Assembly (NCBI GenBank): GCA_030704615.1
Contig: CM060731.1
Location: forward strand, 31,248,001 to 31,312,000
Reading direction: 5' to 3'
Length of the DNA: 64,000 bases
DNA from: Takakia lepidozioides
Lineage: Eukaryota; Plantae; Bryophyta
Shown: in pieces, positions 24,975 to 39,067 of the stretch
Numbering within the stretch: the first letter of the stretch is position 1
How the letters are laid out: every line of letters starts with the position of its first letter
Position numbers and translations under genes: made by a program
The notes under the pieces: model-generated
Databases searched by the model: none
What the model was told of the DNA's origin: nothing
The model's input: the letters and a program-made list of their open reading frames with translations, nothing else

Positions 24975-26039
24975 CTGTTGTCATTTCTTCACCGACGTCC
25001 TGCCCCTATGAACGTGCTTTATCTCACGCCGCTCCATCTCATGTTTCTCTTTCTTAAGCAGGTCCATCCCATGCTGGTCCATCTAGTCTCTCTCCCCCTC
25101 ATGTAATTCCTTCCATCGCTACTCCGATCCTGGGAGATGCTTCTTCTTCTGCAGGACTTCTGCAAGTCGAACCATCGGATGACGACGACCGACCATTGTC
25201 GTTTCAATCTGGCCTGACGACGTCCGCATGTGAACCGTACTCCCTCGACCCTCGCTGGTCCATCTCATGTCGGCCCCTTTGATGTACGTGCGAATAGCCT
25301 TCCTTATACGAGACCTGCTCCAAGGCCACCACGAAATCCGGGGCAAGCCAAGAAACGGCAGAGAATTGTGCAACCTTTTGTTGGTGACCAAGATGTGAAC
25401 AGGCCTGATACCCTAGATGGTATTCATGATAGGAGTGGAAATCGACCAGAGAGACAACTGAACGTACTCCGAGGACGACTACAGGTCCAACGGCCAGTTG
25501 CCTCTGGAAACGAAAGAACAGATGGAGATGATGATTCCAACACTGATCATGGGAATGAGGGAGGTTCATTATCCTCATCCCTGGGATGACCTCCTCTGTC
25601 TTCCTCCTCCGCCATTTATGGCTCTAGCTTATCCCTACTCGACAGGTGTTTGCTAAGAAAAATGCTCTCCCAACCCTCCTAAATCGTACCTAATCCTGCT
25701 CCCTAATGCATCATCCCCAAGTACTAGAAGCACGTGTCACTCCCTCCGCAGTTTTAAGTGATATGACGCAATGTGCAATGAAAAAAACGTGGGTGCCAAA
25801 GGAGGGCTTCCTGGGAGGTACTCAGCATCGATTTCGTAGAAACCAACGGCCAAAAATACCCCCCGCCCAACCAATAGCACCCCTCTCCACTCGGACTCAA
25901 CGACAAGGAATGCAACATCCCATCGCCCACCAAGTTCTGGTGTGGAGAGAAGTGAGAGAGAGAATGGTCTCGAAGGCCTTATAGCCCCCCTCCACACTCG
26001 GGGCGCGCGCTGTCATCATGAATACGCACGCTAATAATA

Positions 26040-26660
26040 GTTGCGACCGCCAGCCGGGGTGGTCGCATCATTTTTTATTATTTTTATTATGTGCGACCAC
26101 CAGCAGGGGGTGGTTGAAGAATTTTTCTTTTTTTTAATAAGTGCAACCACCACCAGGGGAGTGGTCGCAACAATTTTGTTTAAAAAAAATAGGTGCGACC
26201 ACCACCTGTTGGTGGTCGCACCATAATCCTTTTCTTTAATAGATACGACCACCAACAGAGGGGTGGTCGCATAATTTTCCTTTTTCTTAATATCTGTGAC
26301 CACCAGCAGGGGGTGGTCGCACCATTTTTTTTAAGGTGCGACCACCAGCAGGGGAGTGCTCGCAGGGGGGTGGTCACATAATTTTCCCTTTTTTTAATAG
26401 CTGCGACCACCAGCAGGGGGGTGGTCGCACCATTTTTTTTAGGGGCGACCACCAGCAAGGGGGTGGTCGCAAAATTTTCCTTTTTTAAATAGCTGCGACC
26501 ACCAGCAGGGGGGTGGTCGGACCATTTTTCTTTTTGTTAAATAGGTGCGACCACCAACAGGGGGGTGGTCGCAACATTTTTATTTTATTTTAACAGTTGC
26601 GACGACCGCTACTGGTGGTCGCACAATTGTTTTTTTAAAAATAGGTGCGACCACCAGGAG
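26040..26660. repeat. Array of ~13 palindromic units TGCGACCACC-N8-GGTGGTCGCA separated by T-rich spacers (likely transposon subterminal repeats)
   Basis: Directly visible, period about 45-55 bp. Confidence 0.85.
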
Positions 26661-27160
26661 ATTGGTCCCTCTGTACCTATATGTTTGGAGAGGCAGATGA
26701 AAAGCACATGTATCGACTCCCCACGGATTTGGATACATTGAAGAGATTTGGATAACCAAAATGGTTATGGTTATGGTATGGATAATTGATTCTCATTTGC
26801 AAAGGGAAGGGAAAGGGTTCTGGGGTATTGGGTTAAGGGTAAATGTTTAGGGTTTTATAGTAAGGGTTTATGGTAGGGTTTAGGGGTTTTGCTTAAGTTA
26901 CAAAATAGACAAACACTTATGGAAACTCCAGTCGCTAGAACTTAGTGTTGTTAGTAGGGTACTAGTAAGCAAAATAAAAATAAAAAACCTAATATTATGG
27001 ACAAGTATTTAAATGAAAGACTCGTCCTTGGAACCTAGTATTAAGATGTAACATAAAAAGCAAACTGTAACATGCCTAAGTGCATGTCAATCCAAAACAA
27101 AGGAAAAAACTAGCGCAAATGTGAAGGGAGAAGACATTTTAATAACCATAATGGTTATGG

Positions 27161-27950
27161 TTATGGTATGAATAGTTCATGGGCCATTTGCAGAAAAGGG
27201 TAAGGGTTAGGGGTAATGCTAACATAAAAAGCAAGGTATAAAAAAGGTATGTCAATCCTAAATCCTAAATTGCCAGAAGATACTAATAAATTCTCTAGAT
27301 CATTTGAGAGTATCCCACTTTCCAAAAGTCGTGTTTTTATTAAAAGCCATTTTACAAGAGACATCAAATATCCAGATCCTCCAGTAAGTATTCTGGTGAC
27401 AGTAACTCCAACATCGTCCTCTCCCAGTTTGTCATTGAGGATCACCTCGTCCGGAATGCAAGCTTGAATCCTCCCCTCGAACAGTGCACCCCCATCTTCA
27501 CCCAACAGTACGCACTACAAGTTTCTCCAGTTGTTTCTTCCAAGTCCTCCGCTCGGATTCTCGGAACTCTTCGATGGTCTGTGGTTTGATTCATCCTCGT
27601 CGACGTCAGAAGTTTCGGCAGTATACCTTGTCTCCGGCATAAAATCAGGATTCATGTCATGCCCTCCTTGATACTCGTTGTTCTCTGCATGAACTTCGTC
27701 AACATTCCACACCACTGGGGTCCCAATGGCCTCCTTCAAGGTGTCAGCATCCATATGTCCATAAGGAAGAAGACATAATGAGTGTGTTTCATCACAGGAG
27801 ATGAGAACCACTGAAATGGTTGAGGAAGATAATTAGTGTCCATGACAGGTCCCAACCCCAGAAACATTAAGGTAGTCTCCAGTTGCTACTGGAGATTAAG
27901 ACCTGGGAAGAGTAAGAAACACTCTTTGACCCGTCTCTAAGGTCATGATC
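27161..27950 (-). pseudogene. CACTA TnpA/Tnp1-like accessory gene remnant (two related domains)
   Basis: LPYGHMDADTLKEAIGTPVVW and EGRIQACIPDE..NDKLGEDDVGVTV resemble En/Spm Tnp1-type domains. Confidence 0.5.
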
Positions 27951-28189
27951 ACCGGAACCTCCACTGCACATGCGAGGTTCAAGAAACTGAAAACCCCTCC
28001 GTAACAACCTTACTCACAGAAGTTTTCAGTATGAGTTAAAATTCTATTCAGAGATGAATCAATACAAAAAAAAGAAATACCCTCGCAAGGCGGCACAGTC
28101 AAAGAGAAGTCACCAACTTGGGAGACAATGTCTTCATTCCTCACTCTTGTAAATTCCTTATCCACTCCCCTCCTTGTCACTTGGTTCTT

Positions 28190-28564
28190 GCAGTGTGGTC
28201 AAATGTCCTTTGAATTGAATTGCTTTGGGGGGTGAAGGCTGGGAAAGGTCCATCGTGGGTGAACAAAGAGAAAAAACCCTTTGCCTGCGAGCTCGTTGTT
28301 GTGGACATTACAGACGGGCTTCCAGTCCCAGATCTTCCACCGAAAGGTGTCACTTCAGCCTGGAATGAATGGGACGAGCGCTACTGGCTCTAGGTCTTCA
28401 AGTTCTATGGGAACTTCTTGGCTGACAATGGGTGTTTGCTCATCCTACAAACTGCCAATGCAAAGTGCCGACGACTATTGTCCAGTTTCCTGAAGTCTGG
28501 TAGGATGAAGGTGATTAAAAGCTGGAATGGAGTTAATAGTCTCCCACTTACAAAGGGGGACTTC
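28190..28564 (+). pseudogene. Beta-class N4C/N6A DNA methyltransferase-like gene, 5' part
   Basis: ELVVVDITDG (degenerate motif IV position), WNE, FLADNGCLLI; reading frame rejoins 50990 once one TSD copy is removed. Confidence 0.6.
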
Positions 28565-29779
28565 CACTACAAAAGATGAGCGTTTTTAGGACTACGGATT
28601 TGGCGGAGTCATAAAAACGGCACTAGGTATACGACTATAGAGCGCTGAAATGCGTTGCAGTCATAGTTTTATCACTTTATAGTAATGGATATCACTACAT
28701 GACTCCGGAAAATTAGGGAGCATTGGTCAAACATTGTTGACCATGATGACAAGGATGGTTTTATGACTAGTGTGATATGTTTGACTAGACGTGGACGACG
28801 TTTCATGGAATCTTGTGACTCCATGACTGAAGATGGTTTTACAGCTCTATTTATACGACTACATCCCTACACGTGTCATTTTGAAAGCACATACATGAAT
28901 GTATTCATCCATTGGATGAGTTTATCCATCGATGACATGGCATGTAAACTTATGAGTCCTTTATTGCAAATTGTTTCATAACTATATATATATAACTACA
29001 TCACTACACATGTCATTTAAAAGGCATATACATTAATGAATTCATTCAATGGATGGGTTCATCCATCCGCCTATACGGTGTGTCGATTTGATATCTGCTC
29101 AATAAATTGGACCTGGATGGACGTGGCTTAACAAGGGTTGCAAGATATATGAGATTAAAATATGTGGTTGTACAAGGTTAGATCATGTGATGGAAATTAT
29201 TTTGAATCGTTAGATTTTACAGGATCTAACGGTCTAGATTGTTTAAGATCTAACGGTTTAAGATTACACCGCCGAACTTTACACCAGGCTGGGACTTAGG
29301 CTTTTTTGTCTCCTGCGTTTCACCATCTATTTGATGTTGTGTCATGGAACGCGATGATCGCAAGATATGCAGGGGCGTGGGATGGAGGCTTTGCAGACCT
29401 TCCTACTCTTGAGCAAATGATGCAGGAAGGAGAAGAGGAGGAGGAGAGGAGACGAGGAGAAGATCCCAACATTCTTGTGAGCTCGCCGTTTTTGGGAGAG
29501 AGACGAGACGAGGAGACGCTCGTCGTTCTTGGGAGAGTCAGCTTGGTCTTAGCAGGCCGTGTTTCAATCTCTGCCTGCTCAGCTGCACCGTGGTGGTTCG
29601 ATCTCACATACCAATCCAACATTACCTGACTACATATACAAGCATCACACACAAGGGGTCCTTTTGGGCTAATGGTCGGTCAAATCCTCTATGGGTTATG
29701 ATACAAGGTAAAGGACAATGTGGTGAGGATACCTTCTTCTTTGACCTATTTCAGCCTGTTTTGCTCTGTTTGGCAGCAT

Positions 29780-30410
29780 GAAAGTATCCAAAAACAGGTA
29801 ATAGAGATGAGGAGAAGCTTTGGAATGAACACTTTTCCGACCCCAGTCAATGGCGAGACAATGGAGACAAAAAGGTGAATGCATGTTGGACTACACTAGA
29901 GAGAAGTAGATGCAATTTAGAATTAGAACTACTGTAATAATTAGGGTTGGGGTTTGCTGGAAGAACTTCACGCCGTCAGTGTCAGCTGCTAGCAGCAAGT
30001 ATTCATGATTTGTACACAGACAGGGGTAGCTAAAGGACCAGGGATAGAGGTCCAGGTTCATCCAAGAGGGCCGGATTTCAAACACAAGATTAGTTCTGAT
30101 TCCCCGTGGATCAATAGCTACAAGAAATCTGCTAATGAGAAAATGGTCTGCTAATGAAAGCACGTTTTTCAACACATTTCACCCTGTTTTTCCCTCTTAT
30201 CAGAATCGGCCCTAAATTTCCTTGTTGAATTCTGCAAGTTAGTTGGTTTAGTGAACCTGGGATAGTTTGGAGTGACTTTGATATGATATTGCCAATGTGA
30301 CAACAGGAAAGTATCCAAAAGAGGTAACAGAGATGAGGAGAAGCTTTGGAATGAATACTTTTCTGACCCCAGTCAATGGTGGGACAACCAAGGCAAAAAT
30401 GTGAATACCT
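29780..30410 (+). pseudogene. Captured fragments with OSB-type PDF motif (organellar ssDNA-binding protein-like)
   Basis: EKLWNE(H/Y)FSDPSQW(W)DN twice and HPRGPDFKHKI; third copy near 32575-32680. Confidence 0.6.
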
Positions 30411-30414
30411 GTCA

Positions 30415-30860
30415 GATTACCAGATGTCATTTTGAACACTGCCCCTGCCTTGGTGGACATGTATGTCAAATGTGGGTGCATCGAGGATGCAAAGGGAGTG
30501 TTCAACACTATGGCTGAACGAGATGTGGTGTCATGGAGTGCGATGTTTGCAGGGTATGCACAACAGGGGCGTGGGATGGAGGCTTTGGAGACCTATGAGC
30601 AAATTATGAGGGAAGGGATACTGAAGCCCGACCACATAACATGTGTATGTGTTTGCAATGCGTGTGCAAGCCTGGCAGCCCTGGAAAAGGGCAGAAGGTC
30701 TATGGTTGCATCGTCAAAGCTGCAAATGTACCAGATGTCATTTTGAACACTCCCCTGGTAGACAATATGTATGCCAAATGTAGGTGTAGCAAGGATGCAA
30801 AGGGAGTGTTCAACAACATGGCTGAACAAGATGTGGTGTCTTGGAGTACCATGATGACCA
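30415..30860 (+). pseudogene. PLS-class PPR gene fragments
   Basis: ALVDMYVKCGCIEDAKGVFNTMAERDVVSWSAMFAGYAQQG...KPDHIT..VCNACASLAALEKG; a second partial repeat follows; small piece at 29330-29430. Confidence 0.9.
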
Positions 30861-32469
30861 CCTTCCCCGGTGACTCTCTCTCTCTCCCTCTCTCCAACTA
30901 CTTGTTTGGGATTATCAATTTTTTTCCATAATACTTATTTTGGAAATACTATATATTTTTAATCCCAATTTTTAAGGTTTCATCCATACTGAATGAAATT
31001 TCTGTTATAACCATAACAGGATGATTTATAGGCAGATATGCATTTCAATGCATTTTAGGTTTATGCGCCTTTGATTTAAACCTATTGAATGCCCATTTTT
31101 CATCCTGGTCTGATACCATCCATACCGGATGGTGGATGAAATCGCGGGTGGTTTTCCTTTAAGTGTCTCTCTGCCCTAGACACAGCACGATATCGTGCGT
31201 GTTTTTTTTCTCTGGAAGAGGGCGATGGCGGACGAATGCTCGATGGCGGCTGAATGCCCGAGCAGCAAGATCCGAACGGGTGTGTTCTTGTTTTTTGAAC
31301 GCGCGATGACGACAAACACTTTCATCTCCCGCGATGGCAAATGACATACTGTTATGTTTGCCTACGTTTTTTCCTCATTGATGAAGCAGCGGCGGTTATG
31401 GAGGTGGGGAAGCGGCCTGTATTACAAGATACAACCTGTCCTCAACTCTCCACCCGTTGCATTCTGTTGTGCTTGTTCAAATTCAGATGATGAACACTGC
31501 AGCGTCCTACTCCACAAAAGATTGAGGTTCTTTGTGATGTCACATCTATGCTTTCTTCTGCTGGTTCTGTGATCTTTGCATGCTTTATGGCTCATACCTG
31601 ACATGGATAGCAACTGTGAAATCCTGTAATTCACCTCGCGCATCCTCACTAACGCACAAAATATTTTTTGTGTTTGTTTTTGGGACGGGCGCAGGTGAGG
31701 GATTTCACTTGGCATGAACTCTTTGGCTTGCAGATGATCTGGTTACTGCAGGAGGGATAAGATATGCTGCAAGCTGCCGTTGTTGCAATTTTCTGCTTCA
31801 AAGCTGCTTCAAGGGGGATATGCCTTAAACCTTTACGTTGATTTCTGGTTCTTGGTAACCAAATCTGTTAAGTCAGGGAAGTAAATGGGCTGGGCCTCCT
31901 AGAAATCAGACCTTATTGTGAAGGTTCGGGCTGGTTGTGATGACAAGGGTTTGGTGATGCAAGTGTGACATTGGATGCATTTTTCCAGACCTGTTTTCTA
32001 GCCTTTTGGAGAGTCAGACAGTGTTGTTTATGCCTCACCAGTTTAGAATGTATTAAGTAAGGCATTGGGTAAGCCTTTTTAAGAACACATACATTCTTTC
32101 AGGCTCCCCCATGATTATAACCTGATTACAGACTGGTATTTTTGAGGATCTCTCTAAAACTTGGCAGAGTGACTGGATAAGGCCCTGGGATACATACCAT
32201 AGCCCTGCATCTACTTATGGAAGTACAATCAGTTCAGCTTGTGCTTTTAGGAACATACAAGTCCTTTAAAGCTGTAATAGGGAATTGTTTTCATCAAAGC
32301 TCTCACTCTTAGGCATGCTGGAATGGTTTTCTCAAAGACCTGTTGAGCTTACAACATACTTGTTTAAGCTATTTGAACCCAAGAATTACCAAGCCAGTAT
32401 TTTTAAAGGGCTTTTTTGATTACGAACTGTATTCTTAAGCTCCCCCTAGAGATTGGGAATGTGACATGG

Positions 32470-32472
<3 letters not shown>

Positions 32473-32513
<41 letters not shown>
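32473..32513. repeat. (CT)n microsatellite
   Basis: Direct. Confidence 0.95.
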
Positions 32514-32517
<4 letters not shown>

Positions 32518-34199
32518 CTCTGATACATGATACATATATACATGATTTGTGCAGAGGCATGGATAGCTGAAGGAGCAGGGATAGAGTGCATGGGTCCAGA
32601 TTCATCCAAGAGGGCCGGATTTCAATCTCCAGATTACATATGATTCCCTGTGGAAGGATAGCTACAAGAAACCTGCATGGATAGATGATCAATTGATTGG
32701 TCTTGAGCTGAAGAGCACGACCCCTGCAGGGATGTCTCTCCATCTGTAGATCTTTTAGAAAGTGGAAGGCTAGGCCTAGGGCCCAGCTTTCTTATGACAT
32801 TGTTAGCTGATTTTCAGTTCTTCTCCTTAGCTCGGTGCCTTTCTATTTCCAAGTTATGGCAGTAGTTTCTGGCTGCATCTGTTCGCCTTTGAGGGGGATG
32901 GAGAGCTGTACAAAGAGGTAATTGCTCCTCTCCATGAGGGTTCCACCTCAGGTACCCAGACAGATGCCGCTGCCGCCGCAGTGCCGTTGGAACACGAGGA
33001 CATCGAAATTGACGACGATTTTGATTGTGAGTAAGTCATGTGCTATTTCTTCTTTGCATGGGACTCTGTTATGGCGTCGGAATTGGGGATTCTCATGAAA
33101 GTTTGCAATGTTTTGCAGGAGCCCAACTACGCCTAGGTTCCTCCCTTTCTTTGCGAACCCGGACTTCTTTCCAAGTCCGCCACCCATGCTTGAATTGCTA
33201 TGTTATGCTGAGGCTGCAGCAAAAACATTTGCTCTCCAAACATCTCCCCCTAGACAGGTTTGTGGCATGAATGGACGTGTTCATAGTGGGACTATGGTGT
33301 TCATTGATAGTTGTGCTTCAGTTTCCAATGAAAGCTCCTCTACTAGTGGATCTGGACAATGGAAATGACCCATAAATTTTCGGACTTTCTATGGATAATG
33401 AAGCAATATCGACTTCTATGGTTTCAATAATGCCTGTGCCCGTTCATCCATCGTATAGACGTCAACAATAGAGAATCTCAGCATCCACATTCTTTTCAAA
33501 CATTCATCCAATGATATGAGCATGCATTAATCCATCAATGTGCCGGATTGCTTCCCTGAACATCCAAAATTCATCCAACATTCATTCATCAAACTCACAC
33601 CATCCACCAAATTTCATCCAGCTTCCTTCATTTATCATCCATCGACTTTCATCCATTATTCATCCAACATCCACCCTCCATTCATCCGCATCCATCCGCA
33701 TTCTGCCATTGTCTCTTCTACATTGTTGCAAACTACTGCCGCGTTGTGTGCAGACTTTCCCGCGGATACAAGTCCCGCATGGTTTCAGAGAAGTAGAATA
33801 GAAATGGAATTACTGTTTGGTCTAGAACATGTAATGTGAAGATGGAGTCTAATTATATAACCTCCACTGTACAGTGAAGGTTGGATGAGATACAGATGAA
33901 AAAAGTTGGACGGATGAATACTAGTGGATGAATATGGTTACGTGGATGAATAATTGTAATGATGGATGAATGTGAGCATTGACGCGACTGTCCAGTGGAG
34001 GTCCACGACTTGAGGGATGACAAAATACTGAAATTGGAGAGATGCACAAATACAGCGAAATGAGAGTATTGGACTGTAATTTCTAAACGTGCAGATGAGA
34101 AATAAGTAGATTTTTCTGTAGACTATCGAAAACACACAGATGTCATAACATTTTCTACGGAGAAACTTGATTCCATCATGTCCAAGAAGCTTTCGTTGA

Positions 34200-37100
34200 C
34201 TGTCTTGTGTTGGTAGCCCGTGGCAACACCTCTGCCAGGGTTAGGTAGGGCCTCATATGGTTTGTCCGACAGAGCTAGTTGTGAACCCCTCTAAGCCCCT
34301 CCTGCCACAGCAGCCACTGCCTGACCTTATTCGCCCTCTTTCTTTTTGTCCTTCTTCTTTCCACCCTTCTTTTTCGGGCTCTAATTTACAACTGGTTCCT
34401 TTGCTTTGAGAAGCCGGAGATCTCTCAACTGCAGCTGCCTATTTGTCAAAGGAGCAAGAGTCTCTGCATTGTCATTCAAATTTCGCAGGACGTTCTCCTC
34501 CCAGGGTGTCGATTGTTTCGGGCAATCAAGGTACCACCCACAATCTTTGAAATGAGACCTGCTTCAGTCCTCCAAAATGCCCGCTGTGTACATTGTTGTG
34601 TCGGGATTTGTCTTTGCCCAGCTGTCAATGAAGAATGGGTACGAGCTTAGAAAACCACCTGGAAAAAGCACTCTGTGGATATATCTGCGAAAACAAAAAC
34701 AACAAAAATCAGGAGAGTTCATAGGAAGACATGATAGCAGGCTCCATCCTTTTGTTGTAACACTCAACAAAAAACAATCCAAGTGCAGGGTAAACTCATA
34801 CTTGCGTCAATGAAAGCCTCTTTCCGGTTCTGAAACAGGAGTTTGACACTTAAGAAATCCTTTCATAACGGAAGGCGTGGGCTGCCATCAAATAGGCTTG
34901 CGTCAACGCAAGCCTCATGCAAACCCGGTAAAAGTCCCGTTGCCTCACAGTTTTGGGTTGAAGGAAACAATGCATAGCTATACTTAAAATTCTCACAACA
35001 TACCCCTGCCGAATACTTGGTTCAAACTACCAATATATATTCCACACACTAGACAGGCTTGCGTCAACGCAAGCCTGACCCTAGCCCAAAAACACTCGGG
35101 AAAATGCAAGCCATGAGTAGCAAGGTCCGCAGGCTTGCGTTAACGCAAGCCTCAATAGAGAAAGCTTCTATCTTAAAGAACAACTCACAACATTAAAAAG
35201 CATGAAATGAAACTTATATATGACTTGTTTCATCGCCTGCTCCCCATTGTACTGGGCATCGAACAAATTCGAACGGTTAATCCCACCATCGACAGCAAAT
35301 TCGCAGAAGAATGCATGGTCCCAAACGATCCCTTTCCACCTCCTTATCCAGGTCTCGAATGACTCATTGGGTGTAGCAACAACTATCTTGAAGTCTGTTA
35401 GAGATTTCTCCATAACCTCCTTAGCCCTCTCCTCCAACTGGCACGCATATAACTTGGTTAGATTTTGCGAATGCACTCAAAGACATCCAAAACAAACATT
35501 GAAGACCTGTGTCATGAAATTCTTACCTGCGCCCAGAATGTGGTTTTATGAAACCAGATGTCCCATACTTGGTCACTGAAAGGGGTCACGACTCCAGTGG
35601 TGGCGTTCTTCTCGCCCATGGGAAAACTATTTGCTTGCCGTAGAACAGGCTCAGAGTTCCAAATTTGAAGCCACCGTATTTTCACTGCTGGCTCCACCAT
35701 TGCCATGGCAAACCTGTGCAGCTTCTCTTGTGTCATTTCAGGCTTTGTTGTCTTGCTCCAATGAATTTGAACCTCATCCAAAAACTGAGGGCCAAGACCG
35801 GGATCAGCAATGCACAGTTGCTTGGTGAACGCAGTCACCACCTTCCCGCAGAATTCGTTCATGTGGAAGGTCATTGCCGCCTCAATACCGTAGGCAGTGC
35901 GTTCACTTTCTGGAGTTTTCCCGTAATATTCCGCTTTTCCCCTCTCTCCCGCATCAGCAATTTCTTGCTATCCAACCCAAAGGCAACGTTGAAAAGGTCA
36001 GACTGCAAAATGTGCAATAGGTACCTGAATCTAAACTTCACAATGATTTAGGCTTGCGTTGACACAAGCCTAAACATGGGTACATATGAATGATAAAAAA
36101 GGCAGTTTGCACGATTTACCGTGTACATGTACTCCAGGAACGCATCCCTCGTGAGTGTGTACCATGTCTCTGCCCTTCTGGAGGTCTCGCACTTCTCGAA
36201 GGCTCGGGTGAAAGAATAGTCTTGAAGCTGGACAATGGCATCCGTCCTAGCTTTTGCATTCTGAATAATGTATGCACCAGGTTTGTGGTGACATGGGAAG
36301 ACTCTGTTTGCCTGCACCATCAAGCTGATAGTGAGAAATTTAATGGCAAATAATAGCATCTGAGGTTGCATCGGAATCTGATGGTTGAAGAGAACTTACT
36401 TGTTTATATCATGCATGGCTGTTAGTAGCTGTGTGTAGTTTCCCTTCGGATCCAAAACGCACGCCGCGACGGAGTAATGCCAATCTTTCTCCTCTCGATG
36501 CATAGATTCAATGTACGCCAGCCAAGCAAGCAAGTGGTGGTTCCCGTCCCAAACAAAGAACATCTTGTTACTATACACCTGCAACTCCGGATTCCTGGAC
36601 AAAGACTGCTCGAATTCCAAATTCACTTCCCTCCAGCACTCATCCCACTTTCCCTCGATGCCCTCGTCTACTAGTCTCTCGTTCCCATTGGAGTCTCCAA
36701 CAGAAATGTAAAAGACAGGGGTTCCAAAAACATACCCGTGCACAAAATCTCCTTGAAGCTTCCTGATATCCCCGGTCAGGGCAGGACGAATAGCAGACAT
36801 TGATATCATCCTGCAGAGGGGTACTATGAGGTTCGCCTCCATAACCATCATGGATCGGATTACCTGTCCAGAATTCACTTTCGAGCCTGACCTTATCTTG
36901 ATGGCCATGCCTTTGTAATCCATATCTGTGTCTTGCACTTCTGTCTGGACTGCTGTCACTGCAACAGGGCCTTTGCCCTTTCTCCTCTTCTTCTACTCAT
37001 CAGCAACAAGAAATACATTATCAGATCAAAAGCGGGATTTTGTGAGATCAGCCTTGCGTTAACGCAAGCATGACATGGAGGTCTTCAAAGGACCGTTTGA

Positions 37101-38010
37101 CAACCCGAAACAGGCTGAGATCCACATCTTTTCGTTGACGCAAGCATGGATGGGACATTGGACCTTTAATCTGAAACACTTCAAGTTTGCATAGTGTAGT
37201 TCAGTAGAGAAGCATGGTACACGGAACAAGCATCAGCGCAGGCTTGTGTTGACGCAAGCCTGATTTGGTAATGCCCAGAACAAGCGGCTTATATCGATTT
37301 GAGTCTCTCAATCTAAACATAGTTTTAGAGATAGCGAGGTTAGCAGGCACACAGACCAGGCTTGCGTTGACGCAAGCCTGAAGTTTATTCCATACAAACA
37401 TAAGCAGGAGGCAGAATCTGTGTGAGTCTATTTGTGAGCCCTGCTGTGTGTCTAAGAAAAGGATAACATCCTTTGTGAGAGAATCTTTAGGGTTTCGTTG
37501 ACACAACCATGGACAGTGTGCTCTCACACAGAAGCAGGGAGCAAATATTTACCTCTGTCGGGTGCTCACCTTGGCCTGATGGTGCTGATCCATCCCTTTT
37601 GTTCCCCTTCTCCATCGCCATGACCTGCTCTCGTAGAGGCCACAAGCCAGCAGAGTAGTTAGACATGAAGAGAATACAATGCACAATGAACAAGTAACTG
37701 GACAATAGTTTAGGGTTTTCTCACCTCGACTTGTATTGCTTCTTCTTGGGCCTCTTGCAGGGAATGGAGTGGAGAAAAACTCAGATCGCCCGGTCCCAAC
37801 ATGGATTGCGTTCCTGCATCTTCCGTGTGCTCGTCGTCGGTTTGAGCCTCGGCATCGTGCCCTGCTCCCGTCTGTGTTCCCTTGTCTTCGCTCTGTTCCT
37901 CATTCTCATCTGCAGCAAGCGAAACAAACTCTCCCTCTTCCCGACCTTTTTCTCTACTAGATGCCGCAGCCATCTTTTCAAACACTCGTCCTAACCTCTT
38001 GCCTTTCATT
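34200..38010 (-). pseudogene. Multi-exon gene with ParB/Sulfiredoxin-like domain (ParB-like gene 1)
   Basis: Exon 36396-36959: IRPALTGDIRKL...PVFYIS...FFVWDGNHHLLAW (DGxHR box variant); acidic upstream exon; further exons 34200-36310. Confidence 0.65.
34800..37510. repeat. Dispersed 22-bp palindrome AGGCTTGCGT-NN-ACGCAAGCCT (7 good copies plus degenerate ones)
   Basis: 34894, 35055, 35131 (perfect), 36050, 37053, 37240, 37358; degenerate at 34801, 37131, 37490. Confidence 0.9.
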
Positions 38011-39067
38011 CTCTCATGTGCTTTCCTTCGCTCTCTCTCGGTAGTGAATACAAAGACTGCCTCCTTCTACGACGCTTGAACGCACTCCCATCTGTTCTAA
38101 ACCCCTCCAGCTTGCTAGGCACTCCGCACGATCACTCTCTCTGAAAGGACGGTGCTTTGCAGAGGGGTATTTCAAATGACGATTGGGGTTTGGGGATGAA
38201 TGGAAAAGGTCATGTCCGCGACTTTCGTTACATTGTCCACATAGGGCTTCTTCCTGATGTGTTTTGTGCACTTCTTCATCCACCCTGGATGTCGGCGTAT
38301 GCCATAACATGTGTCTAGCGGTGACAGGTTGGCTGTCGCTGAATTCGGCACAGGCAATGCATTGTATACCTTTTCCGATACGCCCTCAATGTAACGGTCA
38401 AACTCAACGGTGTGAACGCACAAAAATCAATGATGTCCATTTAACCCTTGGGTCTTGGCCAATCGCAGCTTGTATAGGCACTGACGTGTGGTGGCCATGA
38501 TCATTCTTTTGTTAGTATGAAGCGCCGGTCAGTGCCAGACATCCTCATCCTTTGGCAGTACATTCCTGGCATCATTGTAGCAGGTATTACGTCTTTGAGG
38601 ATTTGTACTAGCTGCTTTTGTACTCCTACGTTCTTCAGTGCACGTACTCCGTCTTGTGCACTACACTTTACCTGCACCCACCTGTGCAATGGATCCCACA
38701 GTGGACATAGCAAAGTTCTACTGTGCGTCCCATTCAAGGCCCATTTGCAAGGTCGCGGGTGGAGATGGTGTCGTTGTTGTGTAGGAGGACGTGCTCTGTA
38801 GAAGCTTGGAACTTGAAGTTGGAACTGTCCATGTTGAGAAAGAAGTGTACGATGATTCCGGTAAGGTTGACAACATGTTGATACTGGAGCCAGATATGGT
38901 TGGGAGTCGTAGAGAATGGAGAGTTCCGGCGGGCAACTACCGTGTTCACGGGGATCAAAGACGCCTGTCTGCAAGTTCCGTCTTGACGCCCGGAACAGCT
39001 GCTTCGGTGGCTCCAGCCTTCACACCTGCTCCCATAAAAAAAAAAACCCAGCATTTCCACTACATTC

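Noticed and set aside
26040-26660. CRISPR array
   Set aside because: Spacers are low-complexity and related to each other, there are no cas genes, and the context is eukaryotic TE
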